DNA of 64,000 nt. Source: the human T2T-CHM13v2.0 reference genome, Homo sapiens. The position numbers were made by a program, and so were the translations under genes. The stretch lies in assembly GCA_009914755.4 (NCBI GenBank), contig CP068257.2, forward strand, positions 19,648,001-19,712,000. The letters are read 5' to 3'. Every line of letters starts with the position of its first letter. The first letter of the stretch is position 1. The notes beneath the pieces were generated by a model that was not told the origin of the DNA, did no database searches, and saw only the letters and a program-made list of their open reading frames with translations. Positions 1 through 13,748 of this stretch are shown here, in pieces.

Positions 1-2083
1 AAATTTGACACAAGCATATAGGTTACTGTTTCTAAATCCCATCCATATTTTATTAATATCCTCATAAATTAGAACACACGAATTGTATCACATAAAGGTA
101 GAATAACAAAATAGTTAAAAAATCAATTTTGAAAATACAATGAAATTGTTGTACTTTTATGGATTTGTATATTACTATGAAATATATTGCACAGACTAAT
201 TTGCCTGTATGTATTGCATAGCTCAAATTAAGACATACTTTAAAGTGAATTAAGGCCATTCATTGGTGATGAGTTTTGCTCTTAATAAGAATGTAAACTA
301 AGTAAGCATTTATTTTCTTTTATATAAAGATGTATCACCTAGAGCTTTTCTATAGTACTGGAAGTAGTCTTATTTATATTAAATATAGTAGTAAAACAAG
401 ATTCTAAAAATAAAGATATTGGAAAACCATGCAAGCCACTCTGCTTGTATGTATTTTTCTACTACAATGCTGACAATCTAGATACTCCTCCAACATTTCC
501 AGACGCCTTAAAAATACAAAATCTAAAACTCAATAAAATAAATATCTTAAATTTAAACTAGAAGGATGTTACACCCTCAAAGAGCTAAAGAAGTGTCATA
601 CAGAAAATTGTTATAACTACATTTAAGAAAATAAAGTTTAATGCTATTTATAAATAATCTGTACGTACAAATAGTCCAGCCTTATCAAAATGGAAAATTT
701 TGATAGAAATTATTTGTTAGAGATGCCTGAAAGAAAACAATTATAACAGCTTTATGAAAATCTGCAATAAACTGTTAATGAAAATGAAATGTTCTATTAT
801 ATTAAGAATGAAAAGACTCAAAATATTTATCAGAATATCCTATTTAACTTACTATATAAAATATTATTTTGTATTATTCAAATGTAAAGAGATGAATGTT
901 TAAATTATTTTTTGTGACTTCTCCATAGATGGAGGAATTAAATAAAACACATCCCTCCTCTTCAAATGCATTACTCTGTAACAACTATGGTTTTATGATT
1001 TGTTTAGAAAAAGATGAAGATAATGTAACTGAGATCTTTTTAAGATTCACTAAACTTTCTTTCATACTTTTACTCAAGCATGTCTAATTTCTTATAGAAA
1101 GGAGGATAATTTGTTTCTAAAACCATTTCTTCGGAAAAATGAGAAGGAATAATTTTCTTCAAAGAGGTCCTGCAGATGTTAGTTGACTTCATGCATTTCC
1201 ACATCGATACTTTTGAGTTAATAGTGTCTGCTGCTTCCATAAATGATATCTGAAGTAATTAGGTGAAATACATCCTTTTGGTGACTAAAAGCAGACACAG
1301 AAATCTTCAGCTTTAATGAAAGGATAGTAACCTAGATTCTGAATTGGAAAACTTAAATAAATGTTTACCCTGTAATGATTTGGTTGTAATTACCTAGATA
1401 AGTATCATTTCAATGCATTGAAATTATCATATGAATAAATAGTTAACAGTTTTAGATTAAAATAATGAAACTACTTATTTCTCTTGGGAAAAGAGATTAG
1501 GACATCATTATAAAAACGGTCGTTGGCCTTATCTATTCAAATTTAGCAACTAGGGAAATTAATTTCAAATTTAGTATTATCAAAGGCCAAAGTTGGTTTT
1601 GTGAAAGATTTACATTTTTGTAAGCTCGACATTTTCAGAGATTTAAGTGCTATCTCCTGACCCTAGCAAAGACCACTGAGCAGATGAAATCATATTAGTA
1701 ATTGTGGTTCTGTTCAGATATTATCTATAAGTGGGTTGTATGTCTGGCTCAGCAGTCAAGGAAGTTTCAGAACTTAAATGTAATAATCCATTGATTACCA
1801 AGGGAAAATTTCAACAATCATAGCTTAAATACTGTACAAGAAGTTTGCTGTGAAACTTTTAGGTATTGCTTACTCAAGCGTGAATCTTCCATGTTGGATA
1901 AACAAAGGTGAACATTTGCACTAACATTTGTGTTTACTTTAAGTTTTGTAAGATTCTCAGATTTCCAGTCTGTTACATAATTTTTTTCTAAATGGTTAAT
2001 ATTATTACATAATAGTAAATGCCAATGTTCAAACAAATATTTTTAACAATTTTCAAACCTTTATTTTCCATGGCTCTTTGCAG

Positions 2084-2290
2084 CGATTGGTGAACCTGAA
2101 AGTATAGATTGGTATAATCCTCAAGGAGAGAAGATAATTTCAACACAGAGGGTAGTAGTGCAAAAGGAAGGTGTTAGGTCACGGTTAACCATCTACAATG
2201 CAAATATAGAAGATGCAGGGATATATCGTTGTCAAGCAACAGATGCCAAAGGACAAACACAAGAAGCTACAGTAGTTTTGGAAATTTACC
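2084..2290 (+). CDS. NCAM2: NCAM2 coding exon (tentatively exon 2; Ig-like domain 1). Encodes (A)[68 protein letters not shown](Q); split codons at both ends.
   Basis: Polypyrimidine tract and acceptor ...ctctttgcag|CG at 2082-2083. Donor C|gtaagt at 2291. The 207-nt open frame continues in phase into the next exon. The peptide matches the NCAM2 Ig1 sequence as I recall it. Confidence 0.88.
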
Positions 2291-2929
2291 GTAAGTAATG
2301 TATTTATATGTTTTAGTTTATTCAATTTCAGTTGCTTATAAATAACCGAAAAAATAAAATGTTTGATAACACTTATTAAGAACTATGTGCTTTGAAAATA
2401 AATATCAGTTTATTTATGCTTTACCAGAGTGTATCTTAGAATAGAATAGCTAACAGATAATAAGTGGTTATAAACATATATAGGGCATCAATTATATTAA
2501 ATAATATTAATAAAAATGTTTTCATTTTCTCAAGCCATTAAGAATTCACTGGGTATATAGAGAATAGTGGTTTATTTAGTGGTATGATATTTATTCAGCA
2601 TTTTTTTTTTCACTGTAAAATAGAAGGTCATGATTAGAATAAATGAAAATGTGTGACAGCACTGACCATTGTAGAATGAGAATCTGGGGAAGGGTCAGTG
2701 AACAAGAGTAGTCAGAAAGTTGAAACTGATCTAGTAGCCAATAATATTGAGTCAGGATTCTTTACCACTAAGTGTTTTTATTAGCAAAGCTTTCCACATT
2801 TGCACTTCATTTTATGTCCTGGGATGGATTTCTTCCTATGTTCCTTTCTCCTCCTTATATTTAAGAACCATTAACCTGTTTAGGAACATTGAAATCTGTT
2901 GACTCCTGCATTTTAAAGCAAGCTATCCC

Positions 2930-3115
2930 AATTACTTTCGTGACCTTGAGCAAATCATGTAACCTCTCTGTCTTTAGTTTCCTCATATATAAACTGAGGA
3001 TAATAATGGTACCTATGTGATATATGGAGTTTGAGTACTACCTTAAATTATATTGCATAAAGTACTTACAACAATGCCTTACGATTAATAGGTAGTTAGC
3101 ATTTCTACCAATGGT
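2930..3115 (-). mobile_element. MIR SINE fragment (ancient mammalian-wide interspersed repeat).
   Basis: The MIR core motif is present in reverse orientation: ...cttgagcaaatcatgtaacctctctgtctttagtttcctcatatataaactgaggataataatggtacctat... Confidence 0.5.
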
Positions 3116-3558
3116 AAATTATATATATATTAGGAATGCAAGCCCTTAAATCATCTCATATCTGTAGCTTTGTGTTTTGTTTGTTATTCTAGAAATAGGA
3201 TATGAAAAACAAAGTCGGAACATTCCTACAGTAGGACTTCCTGTTTGATGACCAACGCAATTTGTGGGCACATTGTTGCTCTTGTGTTTCCTGATTTGGA
3301 ATTTTTCCCTCCCATTTGATTCTGAGCTTCCGAAGAAATGATATTTTCCTAATTTATGTAACCCCCTAGAGTATCTATTTCACAATAGCAAATAATTAAA
3401 TTGAAATGGTCATTTTATAGATATAATGTTTGGAAATACTTCTTTATTTTAAATGATGCAAAAGAAGAATTGTGACATTTGCAAAGGTAAAAAAAATTTT
3501 TGCAAGAACAATTCATTACTTCTGTGAGAATTTCTCATCAAGCATAAATATCCATGTT

Positions 3559-3582
3559 CACTCATTCATTCATTCATTCATT
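3559..3582. repeat. (CATT)n tetranucleotide repeat.
   Basis: cactcattcattcattcattcatt. Confidence 0.9.
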
Positions 3583-4158
3583 AAAGACACTTATTAGGTG
3601 TGTATCCACTATAATTCTGAGTCCTAGCCAGAGACAGACAGACAATAAATAAACTGAAACAGATACATAGATGCTAGCTAAACATGCTATGGAATCCTAT
3701 GGAAAATAAATTACCTGGGGTAGAGAGATAGAGAACCTTGAAATGGAAAGGAATATTGCTATTTTATATAGGCAGGTTGGATAAGAATCTGAATGAATTG
3801 AAGGCGGTGCAAATGCCCTGTGGTGAGAACAAACTTGGAATGTTCAAGGAACCTCCAAGAAGACAGTTTTCCTGAGTGACAAGGAAGAGAGAGGAGAAAT
3901 TGAGATTGGAGTTGAGGAGATACACTCCAGTTTATACAGAACCTCATATGGCATTGAAAGATCTTTGGATTTTATTCTCAGTGAGATAGGAAGGTATTAG
4001 GGAGAAGTAGATTATCTAGTTTAAGATTTTAAAGTATCTAGGTTTCCCTAATTATTTTATTATAGTATCAATAGAGTCTGGATTATGTTATTGGGAGAAA
4101 TAAGCAATGATACTTTTGTGATTTGTGATTTGTGATTTGTTTTACTTTGTTGATACAG

Positions 4159-4302
4159 AAAAACTCACTTTCAGAGAAGTGGTATCTCCACAAGAATTCA
4201 AACAAGGAGAAGATGCAGAAGTGGTTTGCCGAGTTAGCAGTTCACCTGCACCTGCTGTCAGCTGGTTGTATCATAATGAGGAAGTCACCACTATTTCCGA
4301 CA
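4159..4302 (+). CDS. NCAM2: NCAM2 coding exon (tentatively exon 3). Encodes (Q)[47 protein letters not shown](N).
   Basis: Acceptor tgatacag|AA. Donor A|gttagt at 4303. 144 nt in phase with the flanking exons. Overlaps the + ORF track entry 4125..4307. Confidence 0.88.
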
Positions 4303-4580
4303 GTTAGTATTTTGGTAACTCCCTAAGTTATATGTTCTAATACTATTGCAGTTTTTAAAAATCTGAATCTATGTGTCTAGTTGTAGAAATTTGAATTTTT
4401 GACCCCAAATATTCAACAACTATTTTGAGAACCTGTAAGCTCTACATTAGGATTTTGCAATCTAGGGATCTCAGGGCAAATTCACTGCCCTTTACCCCTA
4501 TGTTGTAATCAAAACACAGTTATGCCCGTTCACCACATACTGTCTGTGGCAGCTTTGGAGGCATAGTTGAGAAGCTGTGG

Positions 4581-4652
4581 CTAAAAAAAATATACAATCA
4601 TTAGCCTAAAAAAATGTACAATCGTTAGCCTAAAAAAAATACAATCATTAGT
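4581..4652. repeat. Tandem repeat, ~23-24-bp unit x3 (ctaaaaaaa(a)t(a/g)tacaatc(a/g)ttagc).
   Basis: ctaaaaaaaatatacaatcattagc / ctaaaaaaatgtacaatcgttagc / ctaaaaaaaatacaatcattag read directly from the sequence. Confidence 0.9.
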
Positions 4653-5867
4653 ACCTGGAGATTTACAGAAAAGGTTTGCAGACCTTTGCTCTAGTGTCAA
4701 GAAAAGATGAATACATTATAAGCAGTACTAAGTAAATGAAGGAGTACATCCTGCTGTATTCAAATTCTGTATAATTTATACATGATTCTATGGTATCACT
4801 ATATGTAAACTTAGTATTGATGTGAATTATGTTTATTATTCTGGGGCAGTACGTTCAAGGTTATCTACAAGTTCTAAATATTATGGAAAGATCCATATAG
4901 ATAATAGAAAAGTACTTTCATTCAAATTGTCTTCATGATTTTGATTTAGACTGTGCTAAAATTTCAGAATAATATGACATCTGAAATCGAATGTATAATT
5001 TGCTTACATTATGTTCCTTTACCATGTTCATAGGGAGCATTTTCAATTTAGAATTTTTTCAATGCACCTGCACAGCAGAGAGGTACAAAATAATTGAATC
5101 TTTTAAAGTAGTTTCCGTCTTCGATGATTCTGATTTGTGTCCAAGGGATGAAGATTCTACAGCATAAAGAAGAGACAGAAAATAATATCTATTTTTGAAT
5201 ATGTGGGGAGAATGTATGATAATCATGTTCAATAGTCACTTTTTTAATTTTGAAAGAATTTTTCTGAGCTTAGCATGTTCAATGCTTGTCAGTTTCCATT
5301 ATAATACATTAATGAGAAATAACACTTTATTTCCTCTTGTTCTGTTTCAGCATAACTCTGTACAGTGTATTAACAAGTCACATGAGTAAATGGGTTGATG
5401 TATTTTTAGCTCTTTTCCCCTCAATAATAAAGAAAAAGCAGTCCTTTTGTAACGGTGGAATGACAATGTCTAAATATTTTCAGACTGTCTAATCTTACAC
5501 CTCAAGTGTAGGTTTATTGTAAAACTTTATTAGTAGAATATTTTGAAGTAAATTTTATTTTTAAAAGTCAAATAGAGCAAAGCCTCAAAGCAAAGACTGA
5601 TGACAACGGGTAGTGGTGATGGAGAAGTGATATTTCCATGCTAGAGCTCATACGTATTTCCCCAGCATCCCAGGACTAAATGACGTACAGCCAGATTTCC
5701 ATTTTGGCTTTCCTCCTTTCCTTGGCCCTGAAGCTTTGAACATCTTTTCTAAATGTTCTGTGCCTAAATCAGACTCTTTATCTGTAAAACACAGATGATT
5801 GCCTTCATTTAAAATAATGGCTTTGTGTCATAAATGAGACTTTAGACATAAAGTCCTTTCTTGACAT

Positions 5868-6180
5868 CTATGGGTGATTTGTTCCAGGACCTCCCACAGA
5901 TACCAAAATAAGCCGATGCCAAAGTCTCTTATATAAAAAGCATAGTATTTGGTATAACCTATGTACATCCTCCCATATATTCTAAATTACATCTGGATTA
6001 TCCATAATATCAAATACAACATAAAGACTATGTACATGGTTGCTATACAGTATTATTTGGGAAATAAGGAATAGCCTGTACATGTTCAATAAAGATGCAG
6101 TTTTTAAAAAATATATTTTTCATCAGCAGTTGTTTGAATCCACGAATGTGGAATCCATGGATATGGGGGGTCAGCTATAC
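5868..6180 (+). mobile_element. Ancient non-autonomous DNA transposon, TcMar-Tigger type (MER2-like by recall; family uncertain).
   Basis: Shares its whole length with the copy at 17688-18016 (ggatacc-aaat...gatgc-caagtc..tataaaaagcatagtatttg ... gttgaatcc-c-gatg-ggaa-cca-ggata-gg-gggtcagctatac). Confidence 0.45.
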
Positions 6181-9100
6181 TTCATTTGTTAAGTGAATGA
6201 ATAAAATATATGGCTATATATTAGATTCTTAATAAATGACATGTATCGCTCTCATTCCTTCTCTATGAGTTTTTAAATCTTGGAATCAGTTTTGCTAAAA
6301 TTACATGTGTTTAGGTTATATCTAGAACCAGAAAATCCAATGTAGAAGAAATGGGTATAGTTTAACGTGAAACATAACACTAAGTTGTGTGGCAGGTGAA
6401 AAATAAAAATAAAATAAAATCATATTTTTAACTATAGAATTTAAAGTATTCAAGTAAATTATCAGGAAGGACACACTTTTCTAACCTTGAAATAGTGTAG
6501 AAACTTATCACATAAATCATTATTGAACAATTTGTACATTTATAATAGACTTATATGAAATAATATTATTCACTGCTTATACCTCATATAGTCCTTTATT
6601 AAAGCTGATGAAATAAGATCAAGATTACAATTATGTATGAGGATTTAGAATAATGCCACGGACCCAGATATATTTATTTTGCCATAATCTGATTCAAAAG
6701 TAAAATATAGATATTCCAGAGGAAATAATGAAAGCTTGGAAATGCTCATCTTATTAGCTATGCTTTTGATTGTAGCTGCGTGGCAGATATTCAGAATTAA
6801 ACTTCCTGCAGAAAAGCAGTGGAGATTTTCCATGTTGCTCATAGAAAGGAGATCCGTATGCTAAAGGATCCAAGCATTGTGGGAGTAAAGGTGACATTTT
6901 ATTATACAAGTTGAATATCTGTCATCGTGATGGAGGGATATGCTATTTGCTGATATCCATTCAATCTTGGCCAGTTTGGAAATTCTCTCTTAAACTTTTT
7001 AAATGCTTTGGCCAACACCTAATTGATATACTCCTTCTGCATTAAAAAAACTGATTAAAATTACCTTGTTCAATACAATTTTTATATAACCTACTTCTAG
7101 TATAAAAGATTAATTCAACAATTATGGAATACACAGGATCTATGCTGTAGTGTACCAGATGATTATGATTCATGGTAAGCAAGATAAGTTCACTGCCTTC
7201 AAAATACTAAGAATCTAGAGGGAAAGATAAATAGGTAAATCAGTGTGAGAACAAGACACATTGAGTCTATGATAACGAAATTGTGGTAATAAAGGATGAT
7301 AAAATAAATGTAAACTACGTAGGATAAGAGAGAGTGTCAAAGATGCCTGCCAGGAGGAAAAAGTTACCTTTAAATATACACACGTATTAGCCAGGCAAAC
7401 GTCGGTGCGGAATTTTCAGGAAGAGGGAAGACCATGTGCAATGGCCCAGAGGTGAAAAGCAGCATGAAAGCATATTTCTGAAACTGGAATAAGTTTATTA
7501 TTACTAGAACTTATTAATAAGTGCAACTTAGATACTTTTACAAATGAGTAAATCTAACTAGGATTTTTAAACAAAGGACTAATAAGAAAGGAAGCTGAAG
7601 AAGGAGGTCAAACCAAGTCAGCACAGCCTTGATATCTGCTACTACGGAGTTTGTAATTTATTCAAAGGGGGCATCATTAAAGGGATTTAATCAATGCAGT
7701 GACATAAGCTAATATACAGTTGAGAAGAATATTTGTATGTCAGTGAAAACAACAAATTAGATGGGAGTCAAGGCAAAACTCCTGAGACTCAGAATAGTTC
7801 AGGTCCTAATGAAATATTGCTGAGGGAGAAGAAGACTTAAATTAAATAACGATAAACAGAGAAGTGATGAGACATGGAGTCTGATTGGGTCTGCAGACTC
7901 AGAGAGATGAAGATGTCAAGAATGACTCGTGGAATTTGCCTTCCATGGAGTTCCATCACTTATGGAATATTCCTTTGGCAACTAGTTCCATGTAAAGGCA
8001 TGTGAAGACAGAACTGGAGAATGCCAGGTGATAAATTTCAGGTGGAGATGTTGAGCTAAATTTTAAATATATTTTTCCTAATTCACATTAAATATAATCA
8101 GTAAAAATCATTATAGGTGAAGGATGATAGGTATTTTAGAAAGTTAGAAAATGCAGTAATACAATGATCTAAGTATGATAGTGTTCCTCTTCATTTTAAA
8201 TTTTATTTATTTATAATTGCCTCTCATCTAAATTTCTGAACACACACTTTAAGAGAGGATTTTTAATTGACTTTGAAACTTTATGAAGTTTCAGGAGTTT
8301 CTGGTTATTTCAGGACCACTTATGAGTTATCTTCTAACATTTCTTGTGGATTGGTTTTCTTTCTCCCCAGTCTTTCTTTTGATGAGGGCATTTCATGTTT
8401 GTGCTTTAATTTACCAGGGGAAAGAATCTGAATAAACATTTTTGTCTCTCTTCTTAGGTTCAACCTAAGGAAAAAGTGAGCATTATGGAAAAGTTTACAC
8501 CTCATGGGCTGCAAATCATGTGGCCGTAGCATTAGAATCACTATTTTCACTTTGGGGGAGCCTCTGAATCTGTGCATTTTCACCCCTGATTAGTTACCTC
8601 TTAAACAAAAAGCAACTACAGGCTTGTCCGTTTAATGAGTATCTATGCCCTGATGACTCTTCTATTTGTTATTTCTAGCCCCGACTTCTCCCCTCTCATT
8701 AAGGAACGGCTATGACAAATTTGCCCCCAAATTGGAGTGGCCTACTACCCTAGCAGTTTATGGCTCACTCATGCAAAGTCCAGTTGGCAGCAGAGGTATA
8801 GGCAGGATCCTACCATATCCTTTCCACGATCAGGCTGATGGAGACTCTGCCTTTTTCACATGTGGCTTCAAGTGGTTTTCCTAACCTCATTATCAAGCCA
8901 ACAGATAGGGAAAAAAGCAGTACACATTGGAACAGGCCCAAAGAGTAAACAATAGACTGTAGATATGTTAGAGGCTGGGTACCTTAAAATAATCACCTTT
9001 CTACCTGATCAAAAATCCCAAAGGGATAGAGGCGGGGTGTCTCTTATTCATCAAAGTGTCTTATATACAGTATCCAGCAAACAGATAATAGTCAATGAGA

Positions 9101-9370
9101 TCTATGGATGTGTTAATTAAGGAAATTTTAGATATTGCCTGTACAAAGAGTTTCAAAATTGGACTATATGTAAAAGCATTCTTTGAATGATAAGGAGAGA
9201 AAAGGTTTTAGCATGGCAGCAAGATTGAGATGCTTATAAAATCAGGGCAGACACAAAAAATAATGCCAGGCTGAGATGCTGCTTAGGTGTCACAGATTAC
9301 TGTAGCAGATTACTTTACACAATCAGTGAATGCAGGCTGTATACCAGCTTATTTTTTTATATATGCATGT

Positions 9371-9392
9371 GCACACACACACACACACACAA
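9371..9392. repeat. (CA)n microsatellite.
   Basis: gcacacacacacacacacacaa. Confidence 0.9.
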
Positions 9393-9995
9393 ATGGAATC
9401 TTGAAATAAAATAACAAAATCTAATCTATTTATTCCTAATACAGATTATCTTATTAGCCAAAAAAATCCCTTGAATAAATTTGAGATATAATCTTTTTTA
9501 TATCCTTTATATGACTTGAATATTATTATATCATTTAGTTGCCTCCACAGAGACGCAAAATTTTTTGTTTAATTATTGTATGAAGAAGGATGTTCAATAA
9601 ATTTTCTAGCCCTTTTCCACCCATGTTGCCGCATATTTGCAGTCAAAAGTTTGCACATCTGTGATACCTAATCTCTCTGCATTGTTCTTTTGTGTATCAT
9701 TTCTGCATCCAAAGTACCAAGGGGAAATAATAGCCTAACCATTTTATGTGGATATAAAGTCTTGAATGTATTTTATTTTATTCTTTTAGGAAAAAAAAAA
9801 AGGTGTAACAAAGCAGTGTAGAGTGGAAAAATTGAAGTCATGAAATTACATTTTACTTTCAAATTTGAATTTGTTTGCTGATGAAAAGCTTGATAGTGTC
9901 AGACAGTGCCATATTTTAACTCTTAACAATTTAGAGCACTCTGGACTTAGCCTTCAATTACTGATACCATTTTCTCCCCTTTGCTTTCTTTCCAG

Positions 9996-10133
9996 ATCGG
10001 TTCGCTATGTTAGCAAACAATAACCTGCAGATTCTCAACATCAATAAAAGTGATGAAGGTATATACAGATGTGAAGGAAGAGTGGAGGCCAGGGGAGAAA
10101 TTGACTTCCGTGATATCATTGTTATTGTTAATG
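9996..10133 (+). CDS. NCAM2: NCAM2 coding exon (tentatively exon 4; Ig2 C-terminal half). Encodes (N)[45 protein letters not shown](V).
   Basis: Acceptor ctttctttccag|AT. Donor G|gtaagc at 10134. 138 nt; the phase joins exon 3 (A|AT = Asn) and exon 5 (G|TG = Val). Confidence 0.88.
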
Positions 10134-10692
10134 GTAAGCAGTAAATAATTTGTACATGTTTTATGGATTCATTTTAGCAATGTTTTTTATTAAATGGCAA
10201 CCATGTGAACTCAAAATACAAGTCTTATCTAATAAACCTCTTCTATACCAGGAAGAAATCTTTCCATCTTTATTATGGCATCTGTAACATTGTATTACAG
10301 CCTCAAGGCAGGATCCATGACTTATGTTACATTGTCATTCTCATAACCCTTTTCAAATAGGCTATATGTGAGTAATTGCCTTTTGCTGGAATTGTAGTTG
10401 TTGAAAGAATATCAAATAAACATAGTACAGTATCATACTAAATGTTACTTTTAAATTACATGAATTATTTTTGCTTAAATTTACATATTTTACTCTACAT
10501 GTTTCTCAAATTTAATAATTAAATTTTTAAGGTTATATTTACAAGTATTAATGGACATTAGTGACTGGTTTTATGAAATCATGATGAAATCTCTTCCTCC
10601 AAAGTTGCTTCTCCTATATAGTTCCTTCCTGTGTTAACATGATATTCTATGGAGCTGGAAAATACATTACAGTTATCTTGGCTGTCTCCTGT

Positions 10693-11060
10693 ACTAGCCC
10701 ATTTTCACACTGCTATAAAGAATACTCGAGACTGAGTAATTTATAAAGAAAGGAGATTTAATTGACTCACAGTTCCAAGTGACTGGGGAGGCCTCAAGAC
10801 ACAATCATGGCAGAAGGCAGAGGAGAAGCAAAGGCATGTCTTACATGACAGCAGGCAAGAGTGCGTGAGAAAGACTGAAGAAATGCCACACTTAAAACCA
10901 TCAGCTCTCATGAGAACTCCCTCGCTGTCACAAGAAGAGCATGGGGAAAACCGCCTCCATGATCCAGTCACCTCCCACCAGTTCCTTCCCTGGGATACCT
11001 GGGAATTATTAATACAACATGGGATGAAATTTTGTTGAAGACACAGATTTTGTTGAACAA
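10693..11060 (-). mobile_element. Solitary MaLR LTR (THE1/MST-like), reverse orientation.
   Basis: tgtactagcccattttcacactgctataaag...gtaatttataaagaaagg-gatttaattgactcacagttcc...aaaccgcctccatgatccagtcacctcccacca is the reverse complement of the THE1/MST LTR consensus as I recall it. Confidence 0.55.
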
Positions 11061-11966
11061 TTTCATCTCCATTTTGGCAGTCTAATCTGTTATGAAGACA
11101 TATCCATTGTATATTTTAACATCTCTCAAACATACTCTATTTTCTCTATCATGTTGTTTTCCATGAGAGTGGTGATCTAATTTTTTTTTCTTGAATTCAT
11201 ACAACTTGGTTTCTCTACACTTAATCTCACAATTCTACCTTTCTCTCCACCAAGACTTTCAACTGTAATAATTCTTCAGTGTTTCTCACTACTGTCAAGA
11301 CAAAATCAAAACGACTTTTCATGGCATAGAAAACCCATTATGATCCACCCCTTCCCTAAGCATTCTGCCATTAGATGTCAGTCATAGGGAAACTGGGTCC
11401 TTAGAGGAGATCTAGTATTTTTCAATGGTCTTTCTAGAAGTACAGAGTCCGATATTTATTAAGGGTGCCATAATCAGTGGAGTAGTTAACCTTCAGTGCG
11501 GGAGGAAGATTTCAGTGCATAAAGGATAGGTTTAAATAGGGAGATGTCTGTATCTAACCTTTATCTATATCAATATGTAACTCTTTCTCTTTATTGTATA
11601 CAATAAACAAGGGTAATAAATATATAGTGGCTATTTAGTTTGTTAATTATTGAATTGTCTACCATACTTTGTATCCAAAAAGATTTATGATGAAATATGT
11701 AAGTGTATTTCATCATGAGCAGTCTTTGTGTTAAGTACGTACTTATGAAAAAGGGAATTATAATAAAAATTAATATATGTAAAATTCTTTAAAATTGGTT
11801 AAGTTTATAGGAAACAGTATATAAGTATTTCCTATTATTGTTATTATATATACATATAATTACACTAAAATATTAATTCAAGTTTGATATTAAAATGAAA
11901 TTTATCCAGCAGGCATAGTAACCCTTTGTTATTCATTCTGCTATTGTAGTTTCTACTTTAATATGT

Positions 11967-12043
11967 GGTTGGTGCAAAAGTAATTGTGGTGTTTATCATT
12001 ACTTTTAATGACAGACACCGCAATTATTTTTGCACCAACCTAA
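11967..12043. mobile_element. MADE1 (Hsmar1-derived ~80-bp MITE).
   Basis: Palindromic ggttggtgcaaaagtaattgtgg...ccgcaattatttttgcaccaacc with the characteristic Hsmar1 terminal inverted repeats. Confidence 0.75.
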
Positions 12044-13675
12044 TATTTTCTTTAATATATTTATAGCATGTTGTAATCTTTTTCCCTACTAGATTATCTG
12101 TGATTATTATGATTACATTCATTTTAAAGAAATGATTATTCAGGTATGAATATTCTTTTAATAAAGTGTGAATCTTCATGCCCATCATGGTCTGCATTTC
12201 AACTGGAATATTTAGTTTTATATTTCTATACTTATTTATTTCAGGATGTATAAGGAGACAAATATAGGAATATGTTTTTATGTGCCATTTCTGATCAATC
12301 ATGCAAATAATTCCTGTTTTGTCTGTATCAGTTGGACCCTCCCAAAAGTAAATTCTTCTCCTCTGTCTCCCACTTTCCTCTAACAGAATCAACCATAGAT
12401 TCTAATATGAACATCTTTGCTCGGACATTGATAATTAGTCTCATTTTTCCCTTTAGGATCACAAACTCGCGTAGCTTAAAATTCCTGGAATCTCTTTTAT
12501 TTTAAATAACAGTGTTCATAAAATCAGGTATCAATTGATTTCCGTCTGGAGGATGCAGTTGGACACTGCTGAGAGAATGCATTGACTAATGCCATCAGAC
12601 GCCTGTGCTTTTCTCTCACATTTTGCCTTAAGACAGAAAAATCATTTTACTCCAGTCTTATTGACTTTCACCCTGCTTACTGGCTCCTTTTAAATATCGA
12701 GGTTTTTTTTTTTGAAAGTTTTCCCTTATTATGCCTCTTTTATAAAACTGCTTAAAGATGTTTCAGTGAAAATTTTGAGGCTGCAAAAAATAATACCAAT
12801 AAAATAAAAGTGCTACTTTTATTCATATTATTTGATCTTTAATTACTTTGACTTTGACTGCTGCCCTATTCTGTTCCTCTCAGTTTACATTCCCAGCCCT
12901 CTCACTTAATTGCTACTAATTTTTATCTTTACCAATTTGACATTTATTCTGGTCCTCTTTCATTCATCTTCTTCCACCTCAAGTATACCGAAGTCCTACC
13001 CAAATGCCCCAGTCAAATGTTTTTTCACATGCAGCGCTTCCTTGTCAAATCTTGGCCTTGTAGGAGGACCTGCCCTTTATTCTACGTTTTGTTCTTTGCA
13101 AACTTTTCCATCACATTTCTATCCTACCAATTCATACTCTTTTGTTTCAACAATTAGTTGAAAGATATCCTTGCTGGCTTCCTCTGTAGTACCAGCAATA
13201 ATACATGTTTAGGATCTTATTACTTACTTTATTTTTTCTTACCTCCCTCTGTGACTTTCTTAATGTGTTTTTCAATGCCTGGGTATTGTTTTTCACAAAT
13301 ATTCTTCCCCTCCCTTGAAGAAGATTATACACCAATGCCTTTGATATGTGAAGTATGGCGCCTCCAAAGGAAGGATTATGCATCTTCACCCAGTCGATCA
13401 TGTGACTTGCTCTAGCCAGTGACTTAGAAGCAAACAAAATACACACCATGACTGAAATCAAACTTCAAGAAAACATCACATATTTTCTCTTTTTCTCTTG
13501 TTTTTTTCCTTCCGCCATGAAAAGAGCATGACCCAAATAGGGACTTACCCTTCATCCTGGGCACCTTGATGAACACAGGAGGAGCAGATTACAGTTGATC
13601 TGCAAGTGCAGACAACATAACATGAGTACAAAATAAAGTATATTTTTAAGCACTGAGATTTTAAAGTTGTTATCA

Positions 13676-13748
13676 TACACACACACACAAAAACAGACAA
13701 ATGCAAAACTAGTGCTTTTGTCTGTTTCTCTCTCTCTCTCTCTCTCTG
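13676..13748. repeat. (CA)n then (CT)n dinucleotide repeats separated by ~35 nt.
   Basis: acacacacacacacaa ... ctctctctctctctctctctct. Confidence 0.9.

Noticed and set aside
12024-12392. 122-aa minus-strand ORF.
   Set aside because: It sits in an AT-rich intron overlapping a MADE1 MITE. It has no splice signals or protein similarity and is chance ORF length in AT-rich sequence.
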